Positions 35,972-47,040 of a stretch of 59,292 nucleotides of DNA are shown here, in pieces. Origin of the DNA: Caecitellus pseudoparvulus (lineage: Eukaryota; Protista; Bigyra: Bicosoecida); NCBI GenBank assembly GCA_965644315.1, contig CBFFRQ010000005.1:1-59292 (forward strand), written 5' to 3'. Every line of letters begins with the position of its first letter. Within the stretch, counting starts at the first letter, position 1. The translations under genes and the position numbers were made by a program. The notes under the pieces were generated by a model, which saw only the letters and a list, made by a program, of their open reading frames with translations, searched no databases and had not been told where the DNA came from.

Positions 35972-38900
35972 TCAACTCTCCGCTGCGCCACCCGCCTCTT
36001 TGCTACCCCACTGGCGCTGAGTGACCGCCTTCAAGGCACCTTGCACGACGTCCAGGGTAAGAACACACTCTTCTGTCGCATACACGCTGCCTTGCATGCT
36101 GAGAATGGCCTTGGACAGCTGCCTGCCGGACCAGCCCTCGCTGTCCACCACCAACTGCTCCAAGGCCTTCACAGTCACCGAGGGGTCAATGTGAATGGGT
36201 GGCGGAGTGCCTTGGCACGTAATGCCACGAGGCTGGGCGCCCCCCACGGTGAGCGAGCCAGCTCCAGCGGCACTCATGGCCTCTGCCAGGCGAACGGCCG
36301 TGTCATCGCTCGGCTCACACCTCGACAACAGGTGCTCCTGGAAGTACTGCCACAGGATGCGGCGACGCGCCTCCTTGCCAGGTCGAGGGAAGAGGAACGC
36401 CAAGTCCACACGGTCCAGCACTGCGCTGTCCAGGTCCCCGGGCCGGTTGGTGGCCAGCACCAGCATGAACTTGGTGCTCTGCGTGCCAGTGTGGAAGAGG
36501 AGCGCAGACAACACGTTGCGCAGGTGCTCAGACAGCCCGCCCCGGGACCTGGAACCAAGGAACGCCTCCGCTTCATCGATGAACAGGAGCAGTCCGCGAG
36601 GGGACGCCTTGGCCCACGCAAACAACTTGTGCAGCTCGTCGACTGCCTGCGCCCCCAGCGGCGCCACGTCACCCCCAGACATGATGGCAAAGTCAATGCC
36701 ACAGTTGCGCGCCAGCAACTGAGCTGCCATGGTCTTCCCTGTACCAGGGGGGCCGTGGAACATCATGTGGCGCAAGGGTGCGTGGTTGCGCCGTGCGTTG
36801 GCAATGCTGCGGGCGGCAGCGCTGAGCGCAGACTGCAGCTCGGGCTCCACAACCAGCCCCTTGAAGGCTGGACTTGCCCGGCCTGTGCAGCACGGCATGT
36901 GCCATAGCGGTGCCAGCACGCTCACCGCTGCCCCAAGCACGCCACCCGCCACGCTGCTCTCGCGCACCAGTGACGGCGTGCCCAGCGCACGCTTCAGCTC
37001 CTCGGCAAAGACCGTCATGAACGACTTTGCCGCAAAGTACCCTGCAATGATCGCCGCCAGGGCACTCAGCGTACGCAGAAGGTACGTCGTCATGAGCGCC
37101 TCCACGCCGCCCTGCAGCTCACGGAACACGGCATGCACCGCGGATAGCCACCTGTCCTTCTCAGCAGCGGCTTCCGCAGCAGCCAGGCGAGCCTTTACGT
37201 CCTCGTTGACTCGCTCGGCCTCCATGGCCGCTGCCGCCTCCACCTCCGCTCGTGCACGGGCTGCCTGCACTGCCGTCTTGGCTTTCTCCCCCTCAATGGC
37301 CAGCTCAGTCGCGCGCCGGGCCTCCTCCAGTCGGGAAGCACTGGCCTCCTTCTCCGCGAGCAGCACCCGCTCTCGTGCCAGCACCACCTCGCTCTCAGCC
37401 TCGGCAGCCAGCTTGGCTTTTTCCTCTGCGCTGTGCAGCTCCTCCTCGCGCTCCAGGCGCCGTGCACCTTCCGCACGCAGCGCCTCGGCGGCAGTGGCAG
37501 CTTGCAGGTCAAGGGCAAGCTGCGCAGCGCGCTCTGCTGCACTTGCCGCCTCTGCTTCAGATGCCGCACGCTCCGCGTCAGCGACGGCCGCAGCAGCAGC
37601 ATCTGCCGCAGCAGCGGCTTGCTCCCGCACCACGCTTGCCTCTGCCAAATGAGCCTCCCGCTCAGCGACGAAGGAGGAGCTTCGCTGCCGTTCCAACTCC
37701 AGCAGGGCCTCGGCCTGCTTTCTGGCTTCTACAGCTGCCTGTGCGTCGGCCTTGGCAGCTTCCATTTTCGCCCGCCACAGCTCGGTATCGGCGGCAGCCG
37801 TCAAGTTCTGCCGAGCAGCTGCTTCAGCATGGTAGGCAGCGAGGCGTGCTTCCGCATCCACTGCAGCCACGTGTGCGGCTGCTGTACTTGCGCTGGATGC
37901 GGCTGTCGCCTGTTCGGCACGGGCGCGCTCCAACGCCGCAACTGCTGCAGCCGCTTTCGATGCCTCTGTCGCTGCCTGTGCCTGCACGGCTTCCAACTGC
38001 ATGCGCATGGCATCGGCGGCAGCTTGTGCGGCTTGCGCCTCGGCAGCTGCCACTGCAGCACGCTGTGCCAGGCCAGCTTGCTTCGCCTCTTCCACGGCCG
38101 CTGCCTGGCTGGCAGCTGCCGCGCTGTGCCGAGCCTCCGCAGCTGCGGCTTCTGCCGCCTGAACTTCAAGTTCGCGCGCGCGGACGGCAGCCTTCCCCTC
38201 CAGCAGGGCAGCTTCTGCAGCGTGAGCCTCCGCCTCTGCTGTCTGTGCGGCAGCCCGTGCAGCCTCCAGCTCGGCAACCAAGCCCGCCGCCTGCTGCGCG
38301 CTGGCCTCCACTTGCGCCTGCACCAGTAGCTTGTGCGCCTCCAGCACCGACGCAGACGCACCTGCTTGGTCAACAGCAAGCCTGTCCACCACACCTTGCA
38401 GTGTCGCATTCAGGCTCCGCTCCAGAGCTTCCTGCCGCTGCGCTGACATGGCCAAGGCAAAGGAAGTCGCGTTTGCCGCTTGCAGCATCTGGGCATCGCG
38501 GGCAGCGGCGGCTGCTGCGGCAGCAGTTGTCGAAGAGTTCACAGCTTCGACTGCTCGGGTGACGGCGGCCTCCAGACGCTGCACGTCTGCTTGCGACAGA
38601 CTGACGTTCTGCCGAGACGCGCGCAGGAGGCGCTCTTGGCGCTGCAGCATGTCCGCCTCCGCCGCCACTCGCGCCTTCTCAGCAGCCTCCGCTGCTTCTG
38701 CGGCCCGCGCTTTATCAGCTGCTTCCTGCGCCGCTGCTCTCGCCGCCTCTGCTTCCGCTTGCGCTTGCTGCAGGTGCAGGGTCAGTGCCGTCGCGTTGGC
38801 TTCAGCTGCTGCCCGCGCGTCCTCCAGCTGCCGAGCCACCGCTTCCTGCAGGGAGGCAGACGCCGCCCACTCGGCAGCCCTGGACGCAGCAAGCTGCTCT

Positions 38901-39349
38901 TCGGCCTTCACTCGCGCTGTCTCGTTGGCTGCCAGCGCCGCGCGCATTTGCAGGGATGCTGCCTCCACCTCTGCCTTGCGGCGGGCCTCGCGCATGGCAG
39001 TGGCGTTGGCGGCAGCAGCTTCCGCGGCAGCTGCAGAGGCGTTCGCCTGGGCTAGGACCTGCTGCCGCTGGGCCTCCATGGCCTTCGCATTTGCCTCCTG
39101 GGCCTGTGCGTGTGCCCGTGCCTTCTGCAGCTCAGCCTCGGCCAGCTTGGCCTTCATGCTCAGCGCAGTGGGGTCCACAGACTTGGCAGCTTCTCGCAGC
39201 TTGGCTAGCTCTGCTTCTGCTGCTTCATGTTTGGTCTGCAAGGCTGCCAGCTGCTTCAGCAGGGCCGCGTTGCGGGCCCCCTGCACGGGTGTGCTGCGCA
39301 GGGACAGGCACAGAAACGCAACACTGCACAGCGCTACCCAACGACGCAT
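35972..39349 (-). CDS. ATAD3-like AAA ATPase with an apparent signal peptide and long coiled coil
   Basis: GPPGTGKT, MSGGDVAPLG, LLFIDEAEAFL, LVLATNRPGDLDSAVLDR and ERVNEDV are ATAD3 signatures. Confidence 0.88.
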   Translation of the reverse strand: MRRWVALCSVAFLCLSLRSTPVQGARNAALLKQLAALQTKHEAAEAELAKLREAAKSVDPTALSMKAKLAEAELQKARAHAQAQEANAKAMEAQRQQVLAQANASAAAAEAAAANATAMREARRKAEVEAASLQMRAALAANETARVKAEEQLAASRAAEWAASASLQEAVARQLEDARAAAEANATALTLHLQQAQAEAEAARAAAQEAADKARAAEAAEAAEKARVAAEADMLQRQERLLRASRQNVSLSQADVQRLEAAVTRAVEAVNSSTTAAAAAAAARDAQMLQAANATSFALAMSAQRQEALERSLNATLQGVVDRLAVDQAGASASVLEAHKLLVQAQVEASAQQAAGLVAELEAARAAAQTAEAEAHAAEAALLEGKAAVRARELEVQAAEAAAAEARHSAAAASQAAAVEEAKQAGLAQRAAVAAAEAQAAQAAADAMRMQLEAVQAQAATEASKAAAAVAALERARAEQATAASSASTAAAHVAAVDAEARLAAYHAEAAARQNLTAAADTELWRAKMEAAKADAQAAVEARKQAEALLELERQRSSSFVAEREAHLAEASVVREQAAAAADAAAAAVADAERAASEAEAASAAERAAQLALDLQAATAAEALRAEGARRLEREEELHSAEEKAKLAAEAESEVVLARERVLLAEKEASASRLEEARRATELAIEGEKAKTAVQAARARAEVEAAAAMEAERVNEDVKARLAAAEAAAEKDRWLSAVHAVFRELQGGVEALMTTYLLRTLSALAAIIAGYFAAKSFMTVFAEELKRALGTPSLVRESSVAGGVLGAAVSVLAPLWHMPCCTGRASPAFKGLVVEPELQSALSAAARSIANARRNHAPLRHMMFHGPPGTGKTMAAQLLARNCGIDFAIMSGGDVAPLGAQAVDELHKLFAWAKASPRGLLLFIDEAEAFLGSRSRGGLSEHLRNVLSALLFHTGTQSTKFMLVLATNRPGDLDSAVLDRVDLAFLFPRPGKEARRRILWQYFQEHLLSRCEPSDDTAVRLAEAMSAAGAGSLTVGGAQPRGITCQGTPPPIHIDPSVTVKALEQLVVDSEGWSGRQLSKAILSMQGSVYATEECVLTLDVVQGALKAVTQRQWGSKEAGGAAES

Positions 39350-39857
39350 GCCTGCGAAAGCTCTGCGGTTGAAAGGCCAAGTTCCAGACTCGTGCACACA
39401 ATGCACGCCTGTACGCTGGTTGCAGCGCTGGGTTGATGCGGTTCGGCGCCTGTGTGTGGCTTTTGAAGCCTTCCGTGCGTTTCAGCACACGTGTGCCAGG
39501 CACTGCCGAGCAAAGCCTGCGGTGCAGGCTCACAGCTGGCTGGATGATGGCATGGAGGCAAGGGATACTGTGTGTCAAAGCTGATAAATGAACGGGGCAT
39601 TTCAATTTGGCTTGTAACTTTCGGCTGTGCAGGCGGCGGCCCTGCTGCAGCGAGGCAAACAGTGCTGTCTTTTGGCGGCGGTGGAACGAGACTGCTCAAT
39701 GCACGCCGGCCAGCACTGCCAAAAACACGCACCCACGTGTTGCATCGCAACGATTACAGTCTTCTGAGTGGTGTGCAGTGCTAGATGACCACCCTGCCGG
39801 CGCGCCGCCGTTCTCCAACACCTTGCGCCAGTCCAACGTCGTGTTCAGCAGCACAGC

Positions 39858-42800
39858 ATGGAGGAAGAGGCGTGGGGCGACGACCCCTTCGGCACGGCTG
39901 ACATGGGTGCTGGCGACGATGGTGGCTTTGGCGGCATGACAGACCTGCCCAGTGTTGCCGCTGTGTGCGTGCCGTGCGCTGTGCACGCCTGCCTGCCGCG
40001 CTGCACGGCCTGCTGCGCCACCCCGAACCCACAGGCAAAACGTCGCTGAAACGCGGGCAGACAGCGGCAGCGCACTGGACGAAACGTGGCTGAACGCACA
40101 CAATGCGGCTGCATCAGGGGGTTCTGCCCCTACTCCTGCTACTCACTCCATCGGCGGCACGACGCGCACCGGCACGGTGCGCCGGCGGGCGGGACGTGGC
40201 GGCACCTTCGACAGCTTGGGTCTGAGCAAGGACGTGCTCGCCGGCCTCAAGCGCCAGAACTACAAGCTGCCCACGCCCATCCAGCGCCAGACACTGCCAC
40301 TGTCCCTCGCTGGCAAGGACCTTGTGGCCATGGCCCGCACAGGTGCGTGGTGCCTGCCGCGGCAAGTGCCCACTCCCCCACCACACCGCTCCCCTCCTCC
40401 CACCTCCCACACAGGCTCTGGCAAGACGGCCGCCTTCCTGATCCCCATGCTGCAGGCGCTGGGAGAACACAGCACCGTCGTCGGCGCCCGTGGCGTGGTG
40501 CTGTCCCCCACCCGTGAACTGGCGGCGCAGACACACCGCTTCGCCAAGCAGATCGGCCGCTTCACCTCCCTGCGCTTCGCCCTGCTGGTGGGCGGTGACT
40601 CGCTAGAGGGCCAGTTCGAGGCACTGGCTGCCAACCCCGACATCATCATCGCCACGCCCGGCCGCCTCATGCACCTGCTGGCTGAGGTGCGGGAGCTGTC
40701 CCTGGCACGCGTGTCGCACTTGGTGTTCGACGAGGCGGACCGCCTATTCGAGATGGGCTTCGCTGACCAGCTGCACGCGACGCTGAAGGCGGTGCCGGAT
40801 GAGCGCCAGACCCTGCTGTTCAGTGCCACGCTGCCGGCTGCCGTGGTGCAGTTCGCGCGAGCAGGGCTCACGGACCCTGAGATCGTGCGCCTGGACACCG
40901 ACACCAAGATCTCAGATGCACTGTGCCTGGGGTTCCTGCAGCTGCGCCCTGCAGACAAGACGGCAGCTCTGCTGTACCTGCTGCGGGAAGTCATCCCTGA
41001 CACCTCCCAGGTGCTGGTCTTCGCAGCCACGCGCCACGCAGTGGACTACATCGTGGATGTGCTGACAGCAGCCCAGGCTGCGACGGTGGCGGCCGTGTAC
41101 GGCGTGATGGACCCTCTGGCTCGCCGAACACACCTGAGCCGCTTCCGGGCCGGCGCCTCTGTCTGCCGTGTGCTGGTGGTCACCGACGTCGCGGCTCGTG
41201 GACTGGACATTCCCCTGCTGGATGCCGTCATCAACTTCGACTTCCCCGACACCGCCAAGACGTTCGTGCACCGCTGTGGGCGTGTGGCGCGTGCAGGGCG
41301 CCGAGGCGTCGCCCTGTCCCTCGTCACACGCACTGACGCAGGGTACATGATGGATGTGCACTCATACCTTGGTAGGCCCGCCTCCACTGGTGCTACGGGG
41401 GATGTGCCGGTGGCAGTGCACCGGCCTGGGGAGGCACCCCCCGCGGGGCAGCCACTGGGGCCCCCCGCTGACCTCGTGCAGGATGCGTCCTACACGCTGC
41501 AGGACATGACGGCGGCGTCAGTGCACTACGGCACCATCCCGCGATCTCTCATCGCGGCCGACGTGGAGATCTCCACTCGCCTCGTCGGCGGCGACCCCGA
41601 GCTGGCGCAGCGTGCCAAGAGCATGCTGAACGCAGCGGATAAATTCCTCCGCATGCGCGCAGAAGCCAGCCGGCGTGCCGTGACGGCAGGCAAGCACCTG
41701 TCGTGGAACGTGGCACACCCCCTGCTGGCTGGGCGCGTGGGGGATGGGGGGCGTGACCGCGCCGCCTTCGTCAGCTCCCTCTCCACCTTCCGCCCAGCCG
41801 CCACCATCATGGAGGTGGACGGCTCCCGCTCCAAGCGCGACGCGGCCGCCACCCTCATGGCCCGTAAGCGAGCTGAACGCAAGGCTGGCTCCATCATGGC
41901 GGCAGACGTCGGGCTCAGCCTGACGGGGGAGCTGCCGGCACCAGAGGCAGAGGCAGAGGCGCCCACTGCACAGGCGCCACCACCCACCATCAAGCACAAG
42001 GCGTACGACCCCAAGGCCCGTGCAGCAGCCAAGAAAGCCAAGGCCAAGGCCAGGGCAGCCCGCAAGCGGGTGCTGGCGCAGGGGGGGACGCACGCTGAGG
42101 CGGCCGCAGCGGCAGCAGCGGTGGCAGGCAGCACGCAGACGGGGACACCCCGACCACCACCGTCCCTCGCCTCCTTCGCTGTGCCGGGTGTCAGTGTGTC
42201 AGGGCTGGACGATGATGAGGGGGGCGATGTGGAGCTTGCCGGGGCAGGGGGGGGCCAGGGGGGTGCGCCCCCCCCCTCCCGAGGCACAAAGCGCCCCCGC
42301 ACGACAGCTGCTGACTTCAGAGATGCCAAGCACTTCATCTCAGCCCTGCCTGAGGCTGGCGTGGATGCGGCGGAGCAGCACTTGGCGCTGTATGCGGGTG
42401 AGCGGGGCGGCCCCGATGGCATCGGGGAGCTGGGCCTGTCTCGCGCTGAGGAGGCCATCATCGCGACAGCGGGGGATGAGGAGCTGACTCGCGCCGCCAA
42501 GGCACGCCGCGTGGCCTTCTGGGACCCCCGCAAGAAGCGGTACGTGAAGATCTCTGCGGAGGAGGCGGGGGTGCGTGCTGGGCGGCTGGCCAAGGGGCGC
42601 GTGGAGCGCAACGAGGCTGGTGTGGTGGTGCGGCGAGATGGCAAGAGCCACGGTGAGCTGTATGCCAAGTGGACCGCACGCACCAAGCGCAGTGTGGGGG
42701 CAGCAGGGGATGCCGAGGGCGGCGGCGGGGGGGGGGACGCCACTGGCCCCGCCATTGACTGGCGCAAGGGCAGCCGTGACCCACGACAGCGTAAGGCTGC

Positions 42801-43191
42801 TCTCGCCGTGGCGGCACAGCGCAGGGAGGAGAGCGGCGAGGGCGACTCTGGTCCGGGTGCCCGGCGCCCAGGCAAGGGCGGGCGGGGTGGCGGCGTGCCG
42901 TCGGAGCTCCGCAGTGCTGCGGACATGGCCAAGGCCCGCGGCAGCCGCACCCTGCACAAACTCGAGAACGTGGCGGGGGGGCTGAAGAAGACCGGCGACC
43001 TGGTGCGCAAGCTCAAGGCAGACGCCAAGGCCAAGCGCGCCAAGCTCGCCCGCGGCTCGGGCGCGCGGCGGGGCAGGAGCAGACCAGGCACCTTTGCGCC
43101 AGGCAAACCGGGCGAGACAGGCGCGCCGAAAGTCGTCACGGTGCGGGCCAGGGGCGGCAAGGCGCCACGTGGCCGGCGTGGCAGGCGTTGA
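39858..43191 (+). CDS. DDX54: DEAD-box RNA helicase DDX54/Dbp10 (spliced)
   Basis: PTPIQR, MARTG/SGKT, SPTRELA, DEADRLFEMGF, FSAT, HRCGRVARAG, and C-terminal WDPRKKRYV and ELYAKW. Confidence 0.92.
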
Positions 43192-43306
43192 CATGGCCAC
43201 GCGGTGTAATGCATTCCACCCACGACCCCAGGCCTCGGCTGCACGCAGGCAGCGGGCTGCGGCTGGCGCAGGCGTTTCTGGGCGCGGAAATCGGTGCCAA
43301 CAAACA

Positions 43307-43618
43307 TCACGCCTTGAACATCAGCACAGCCTTGTCGTCCAGGTAAAAGAAGCAGAATCGACGGGACTCGTGGGTCACCTCCGACCCGAAGTTCCGCCCC
43401 ACCACCACATGCCAGTTTGGCTCCCAAGCCGCGTCCATGTCCGCCTTGATCGCTGCCACAGCGGCGTCCCCGTCTTCCTGCCACTTTTCCACTGCGTTGA
43501 TGTGCTTCGTGGCGCTGTAAATGGCCGCCTCCAGACAGTCATCCGGCATGTCTGCGGGCCACTGCACCATGGCGCCATGCAGCGCCTTCCAGCCGTCTGA
43601 GGAGCTCTCGCCGGCCAT
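43307..43618 (-). CDS. Dynein light chain, LC8/type 1 family
   Basis: ADMP, IKADMD..W..NWHVVVGRNFGSEVTHE, VLMFK. Confidence 0.92.
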   Translation of the reverse strand: MAGESSSDGWKALHGAMVQWPADMPDDCLEAAIYSATKHINAVEKWQEDGDAAVAAIKADMDAAWEPNWHVVVGRNFGSEVTHESRRFCFFYLDDKAVLMFKA

Positions 43619-43922
43619 CTCGCGTAACGACGCTGAAACGCTTGCTCTGTCGAGCAGCCCGACTGCCGGCGGTGTTCTTGAGACGCCCACGCACAGGGAT
43701 AAGTTACAGCATGTGACACTTTGACGTTTGGCTGGGATGGTGTCGGCTTGAGGGCGTGAATTTGCCTTGTGCCGGCGGGTGAAATCAGTCTCCCGGCAGT
43801 CGCTCCAGCTCGCGAGCAGCCCAATGCCGCAAATCTCACACGCACTGAAAAGGCCATCTTGCGCATGGCGTCCATGTTGGATCAAGTGCAGTGGTTCTGC
43901 GCATCCAGCACTGCCGAGCACC

Positions 43923-44729
43923 ATGGTACGGCGCCACCCGATGCGAATGGGAGCAGCGCTGCTGTGCGCGATGGCGGCCCTCACGCTGGCCCCTGCCGTG
44001 CTCGCTGCGCCCAAGAGCCGCTTTAACCGGCACATTGACACACACAAGCTGGACGAGCAGCTGAAGAAGGGCGACAGGGACGACGCGGACTGGCACGAGG
44101 ACACGTGGGACTGGTACGGCACCAATTTCCGCCACCACGCCGTGGAATGCGGCGGCATCTGCGCCTGCCTGCTCGCACGCTTTCCCCACGACGCCGCAGG
44201 AAGGAGAAGCGCAAGCGTCGCTTTGACCCCGATGACCCCGAGTCCCTGCTGCGGGCCGCTCGGTCCGGCGGACAGATGGAGGTGCGCTGGCCTGGCACAG
44301 CAGCACCCACCTTCCCCTCGCTGCAGCCCACACCCACCCCCTGCCAACAGATGTTGTTCGTGCACTTCAAGGACGGCACACACACCACCGACGAAGAGAC
44401 TAGCCAGCTGTCCTCCCAGTGGGCGGCCATGATGCGCACCGGCGGCGTGTCGGCGGCAGCCTACCCCGTGAAAGCCAACCAGGTCATCTTCACATCCCCT
44501 GACGGCCAGCTGGGCGACGTGCGTGGCGTACCACTCCTGCGGCCCGCACTGCCCCACGCACCCCCCCTGCCTTCCCCCCCCCCAGGTCATGGACTTTGTG
44601 CAGGAGCAGCCCGAGACCAAGAAGATGACGCTGAAGGGACAGGACTACTTCCCCAAGAAACGCCTGTCCAAGAAGGCGCGCAGGAAACGCCGCAACCGCC
44701 AGCGGGCCGCCCAGCGGGGGGAGCTCTGA
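43923..44729 (+). CDS. MESD-like ER chaperone (spliced)
   Basis: Signal peptide, FDPDDPESLL, MLFV, ETSQLSSQW, VIF..PDG, VMDFVQEQPE..KMTLKGQDYFP, and C-terminal RGEL. Confidence 0.75.
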
Positions 44730-44868
44730 CTTGTGCTGCAGAGCACCATGCTCGCTTGCATTGCGTCGCGCAGGGCGGTCACGCCTGCCGTGTGCCACGC
44801 GCCCGCTCACGTCTGCAGGCCGCAGCCGCCCCACAGCTGCTTAAGCTGACAGGCCAGCGCAATGCACT

Positions 44869-45510
44869 TCACTTCTTCACCAGTGCGTCCAGCGACATGG
44901 CCAGGCGCTGCGAGATGGGCGCCACCGCCGATCCAGCAGACTTCGCGCTTCGTTTCTGCTGCTTCTGGTGCTTTCCTGCCGCTGCAGCTTTGCTGGAATC
45001 CTTCTTGCTAGGAGTGCTTCTCCTCCGCACAGGTTTGGTCGGCTTCGACTGCTGGGCCTGGCCCAGCGTCACCGTCAAAGTGCCCCGGCCGCCAGCGGAA
45101 ATCGATACTGGCCCGTCACCCCGCCTGCGCCGCTTGCCGTCGCTACGGGGCACGCCCAAGGAAGAAACCAAGACATCCACCCTTTCCGTGCGCCTCTTCT
45201 TGCCGCGCTTGCGCTTCCTCACCTGGATGCCCACCTCCACCTCCTTCGACGCAGGCGTTTCAGGCAGCGGTTGAGGCGAAGGCAGGTCCCCTCTCGCAGC
45301 AATGTTGGCTGTAGCCTGTGCCAGCATGGCCTCTTGCTGCGCAGTCAGCGCGTGGCCCTCTGCGAGGCGCTTGTTCAGGAAGCGCACCGTCACATCGTCC
45401 TTGTTGGAGTACACCTTCCCGCTCCAAGCCTTGCGCGGCGCTGGCTTGGCAGGCGCAGGTGCTGGCGCCAGCACGCTGCTCAGGTCAATCACGCGCCCCT
45501 TGCTGGCCAT
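44869..45510 (-). CDS. Basic low-complexity protein with C-terminal RLAMSLDALV motif
   Basis: Open K/R-rich frame from MASKGRVIDL. The tail resembles UAP56-binding motifs. Confidence 0.6.
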   Translation of the reverse strand: MASKGRVIDLSSVLAPAPAPAKPAPRKAWSGKVYSNKDDVTVRFLNKRLAEGHALTAQQEAMLAQATANIAARGDLPSPQPLPETPASKEVEVGIQVRKRKRGKKRRTERVDVLVSSLGVPRSDGKRRRRGDGPVSISAGGRGTLTVTLGQAQQSKPTKPVRRRSTPSKKDSSKAAAAGKHQKQQKRSAKSAGSAVAPISQRLAMSLDALVKK

Positions 45511-45736
45511 GCTGCAGGGGCGAGCGCAGACCACAACCCACGGAATACTTCTCAGCGGTAGCCTTGGCCCCCAGTCTGCCTTGCCCGCCCGGCTGCACCA
45601 CTGTGTCCACAGCTGAGTGTGCCGCTGGCCTGTGCGATGGGGTGCTGCGACGGAAACCCGTCGCACTGTGCCAGTCAACCAAGTCGCCCCCCAGGCAGCC
45701 AAGCGCAGTCAGTTGAATTGTTCAGTCCCGCCGTCC

Positions 45737-46613
45737 TCACTCTGCCGCGGCACCTTGAGCCCCCCCCTCACCCCCCTCGCCTACTCCTCGCACCACGTGA
45801 GCTGCCAAGAAGTCACAGATGCGACTGGCCTTGAAGCCGTCGTAGGCAGGATCCTCCAGTTCAAAGTGCCCCTTGCCCGGGACAATGTACACGTCGTTCA
45901 CCTTCCCCTGGCACTCCGCCACCGCCTCGCCCAGCTGCACAGGGGAGGTGAAGCCGTCCTCAGACCCCATCAGGAACAGCTTGGGCACGGGGGAAGCCTT
46001 GATGCGGGGGAAGTGCCCGCTGAAGAGAATGCCTGCCCACCAGCCGAAAGTGTACCCCATGCTCACACTGCCCACCACACCGTCCTCATCCAGCGCTGAC
46101 CCCGCCACTGGCGCCCCAGCCGAGTCCCCCACCAACACCAGGGACAGGCCGTCCGCCGGAGGGGGCTGTGCTGCGCCACCCCCTGCGCCACTGAACATGC
46201 CATCCACGTCCCTGCGCACCCACCTGCACACTCCCCGCACATCCGCCACCTCTGCCTCGCACGTCAGCGAGCAAGCACCGCTGGAGCCTCCCACGCCTGG
46301 GCAGGGAGTGAGCAGGCGACGCGTGGGGGTGATACAGCAGCGCTGCGGCATCCGCGCACCACACACCTCGCAGGTTCACCACGACGACGGAATACCCCGC
46401 CTTGGCCAGCGTCGCTGCCAGACCCCACATCATCTGCCCGCAGCCGCCCATGATGCCAAAAGGGTGCACCAGCACCAGCACTGGCAGCCGTGCATCGGCG
46501 ACATACACCTTACGGCCCTGCACTTGTTCAGGGTTGTCAGGTTGAAATACTTGCACGATGATGTCCACGCCCTCCTCCACGGAGGGCACTGCAGTCTCAG
46601 CCACAAACGCCAT
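45737..46613 (-). CDS. Alpha/beta-hydrolase family protein (spliced)
   Basis: VLVHP..MGG, NLRG, GDSAG nucleophile elbow, MGSEDGFT, GHF. Confidence 0.85.
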
Positions 46614-46910
46614 GTTTGCGGGATCCAATTTCCGCACTGAATCCACACGCCCCGGTGCCCTGTACCTTTCACAATGTGAAAAAGGATGCACAGCACTCCA
46701 CATGAGATTTTCAAGACATTAGACACCTTGCCTTGACTTGTTTTGTCTTTGCGTAGCTTCTGCCCGGTCACCGCTTGCTTGGAGTCCTCAGGTAGATTGA
46801 TGGCAAAGTCTGATTGCTGCATTGCAAGTGCTGCAGTGCACAGGCAGAGTGGGCCCAACACGACAGGCGTGGACAGAGTGCCCCCCCCCCGTGCAAGAAA
46901 GGAACACTCC

Positions 46911-46985
46911 ATCCAAGTCCGCCGACGTTTCAGCAGGGGTGCCCAGCAGAGCTGTTTGCCACCCCAGCGTCGTTTGGTTGGACCA
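46911..46985 (-). promoter_or_regulatory. SECIS element (type II) in the msrA 3' UTR
   Basis: Minus strand reads ACGAC-GCTGGGGTGGC-AAA-CAGC TCT GCTG-GGCACCCCTGC-TGAA. It has an 11-nt stem (9 pairs), an AAA bulge, an apical ministem and a GA/GA quartet. Confidence 0.8.
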
Positions 46986-47040
46986 ACCCCACACTGCACG
47001 CATCAAGCACACCTGCAGCACGGTGCCGCACCCAGCACCA

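Noticed and set aside
37195-43484. Long antisense and alternate-frame ORFs over the ATAD3-like gene and DDX54
   Set aside because: These are expected shadows of high-GC, Ala-rich coding sequence.
43619-44620. 437-aa N-terminally extended dynein light chain
   Set aside because: The extension is the antisense of the MESD-like gene; the likely start is 43618.
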